Source: a virus
Taxonomy: Duplodnaviria > Caudoviricetes
Direction: 5' to 3' (one strand)
Length of the DNA stretch: 38,086 bases
Virus record (IMG/VR): IMGVR_UViG_3300023238_000018
Location: 1-38,086 of that record
The position numbers were made by a program, and so were the translations under genes. This document shows positions 37,325 to 38,086 of the stretch, piece after piece. Numbering within the stretch: position 1 is the first letter of the stretch; the number at the start of each line of letters is the position of its first letter. Under the pieces are notes generated by a model. The model did no database searches. It had not been told where the DNA came from and saw only the letters and a list, made by a program, of their open reading frames with translations.

Positions 37325-37606
37325 ATGAACCCTAACCTAATAGACCTCCTACAGCGCGTCCAAACTGGCCACGCGACCTGTATGTTTGCGGCGAAAGAGA
37401 TCGAAGCCAATGAGGAAAAACTCCTCGGCCTAATTGAATCGGCTGCAAACCGGCTCGAAACGATACAGGAAACCGACACCACTGGGCTACAACTGGCCGC
37501 CGACATTAAGCGCCTTCGCGCAGTGTTTCGGTCTGCGAACAACACTATGAGACACGGGCCTGACGCGCCCGAAAACAAAAGCGGCGAACCACCGTTGTCT
37601 CGATAA
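37325..37606 (+). CDS. Hypothetical protein ending inside attC-like site 1
   Basis: 93-aa ORF, stop at 37604-37606. Confidence 0.7.
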   Translation: MNPNLIDLLQRVQTGHATCMFAAKEIEANEEKLLGLIESAANRLETIQETDTTGLQLAADIKRLRAVFRSANNTMRHGPDAPENKSGEPPLSR

Positions 37607-37617
37607 TCTGGTTCAAC
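37534..37617 (-). other. attC-like recombination site 1
   Basis: Plus strand gAAC-aacac-TAT GAGAC ACGG...CCGT [T] GTCTC [G] ATA-atctg-GTTc: core triplets, 5-nt spacers, two extrahelical bases. Confidence 0.7.
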
Positions 37618-37961
37618 TTTTTTACTATGAAACCGATACTCAAATACGATGGTGACCGCGCCGAATCAGCGGCGTGCCTTTTAACAGACCTCGACGAGTT
37701 CGATGGGGAGTCTGCCGACGCCCAACGCATGATCGAAGAAGCGATGGCCTGCGAGGTTCAGCGAGTGCTCAAACGGATAACCCGGCACACGGAAAACGAA
37801 GGCGTCTACGGATGGAGGGTAGTGTTCGATTACGATAACATCCATGACGGGGCGCGGATTCTTGACGGAGACGGCCACTCGATGGCGGAGTGTTATGAGA
37901 AGGGCGAGCCGGACGATCAATTCGTGAGGGCGATAGACTCACTCATTCGCGGCCCGTTGAA
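37540..37961. mobile_element. Putative integron-type gene cassette (422 bp)
   Basis: Lies between the AA|C positions of the two sites; GTTCAAC (37611-37617) is the exact complement of GTTGAAC (37956-37962). Confidence 0.6.
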
Positions 37962-37995
37962 CAACGAGGTCAGACGCGACCCGTCGAAGGCTTAA
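37627..37995 (+). CDS. Acidic hypothetical protein (cassette cargo)
   Basis: 122 aa; stop lies in the loop of site 2. Confidence 0.7.
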   Translation: MKPILKYDGDRAESAACLLTDLDEFDGESADAQRMIEEAMACEVQRVLKRITRHTENEGVYGWRVVFDYDNIHDGARILDGDGHSMAECYEKGEPDDQFVRAIDSLIRGPLNNEVRRDPSKA

Positions 37996-38084
37996 AACCT
38001 CAACCAACCAATAAAAATGTCATACCAAAATAAAATGTCAGAAGCCGGACAGCGAGGGTCGTTGTCTGAAGTGGTTTGTTATGC
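37956..38084 (-). other. attC-like recombination site 2
   Basis: Plus strand gAAC-aacga-ggT CAGAC GCGACCC...GGGTCGT [T] GTCTG [A] Agt-ggttt-GTTa. Confidence 0.65.
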
Positions 38085-38086
38085 TC
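38017..38086 (+). CDS. Partial ORF starting in the loop of site 2
   Basis: In-frame ATGs at 38017 and 38035 after A-rich leaders; MSYQNKMSEAGQRGSLSEVVCYA..., open to the edge. Confidence 0.55.
   Translation, partial: MSYQNKMSEAGQRGSLSEVVCYA

Overview
The window is most of a tailed dsDNA phage or prophage genome with podovirus (T7/BPP-1-like) morphogenesis genes, arranged in two divergent arms. The minus-strand late arm (28.1 kb to the left edge) runs: beta-helix depolymerase, small and large terminase, portal, scaffold, major capsid protein, tail tubular A and B, GNAT-like proteins, internal virion proteins, a 3227-aa 'polyvalent' ejection-type protein, a tail-fibre adaptor and a truncated fibre. 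The plus-strand early arm (28.9 kb to the right edge) encodes SSB, a PD-(D/E)XK exonuclease, an initiator-like protein, a DnaC/IstB-like ATPase, a SWIM finger, a DnaA-C HTH protein, a RusA-like resolvase and small hypotheticals. Between the arms lie an atypical initiator-like tRNA-Met(CAT) and several highly structured non-coding segments. No integrase, reverse transcriptase, CRISPR array or lysis gene is evident. Most notable observations: (1) two integron attC-like hairpins bracket an early gene and show the core-box complementarity expected of an inserted cassette; (2) three tandem ADP-ribosyltransferase-like modules in the giant protein are joined by near-identical DNA repeats, and a D-x-[ST]-F-S motif delimits its domains; (3) an unidentified ~180-250-nt structured RNA lies next to the tRNA; (4) the RusA-like gene is split over two frames across an A_AAA_AAA slippery site. 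All family assignments come from motif recognition by eye, not from database searches.
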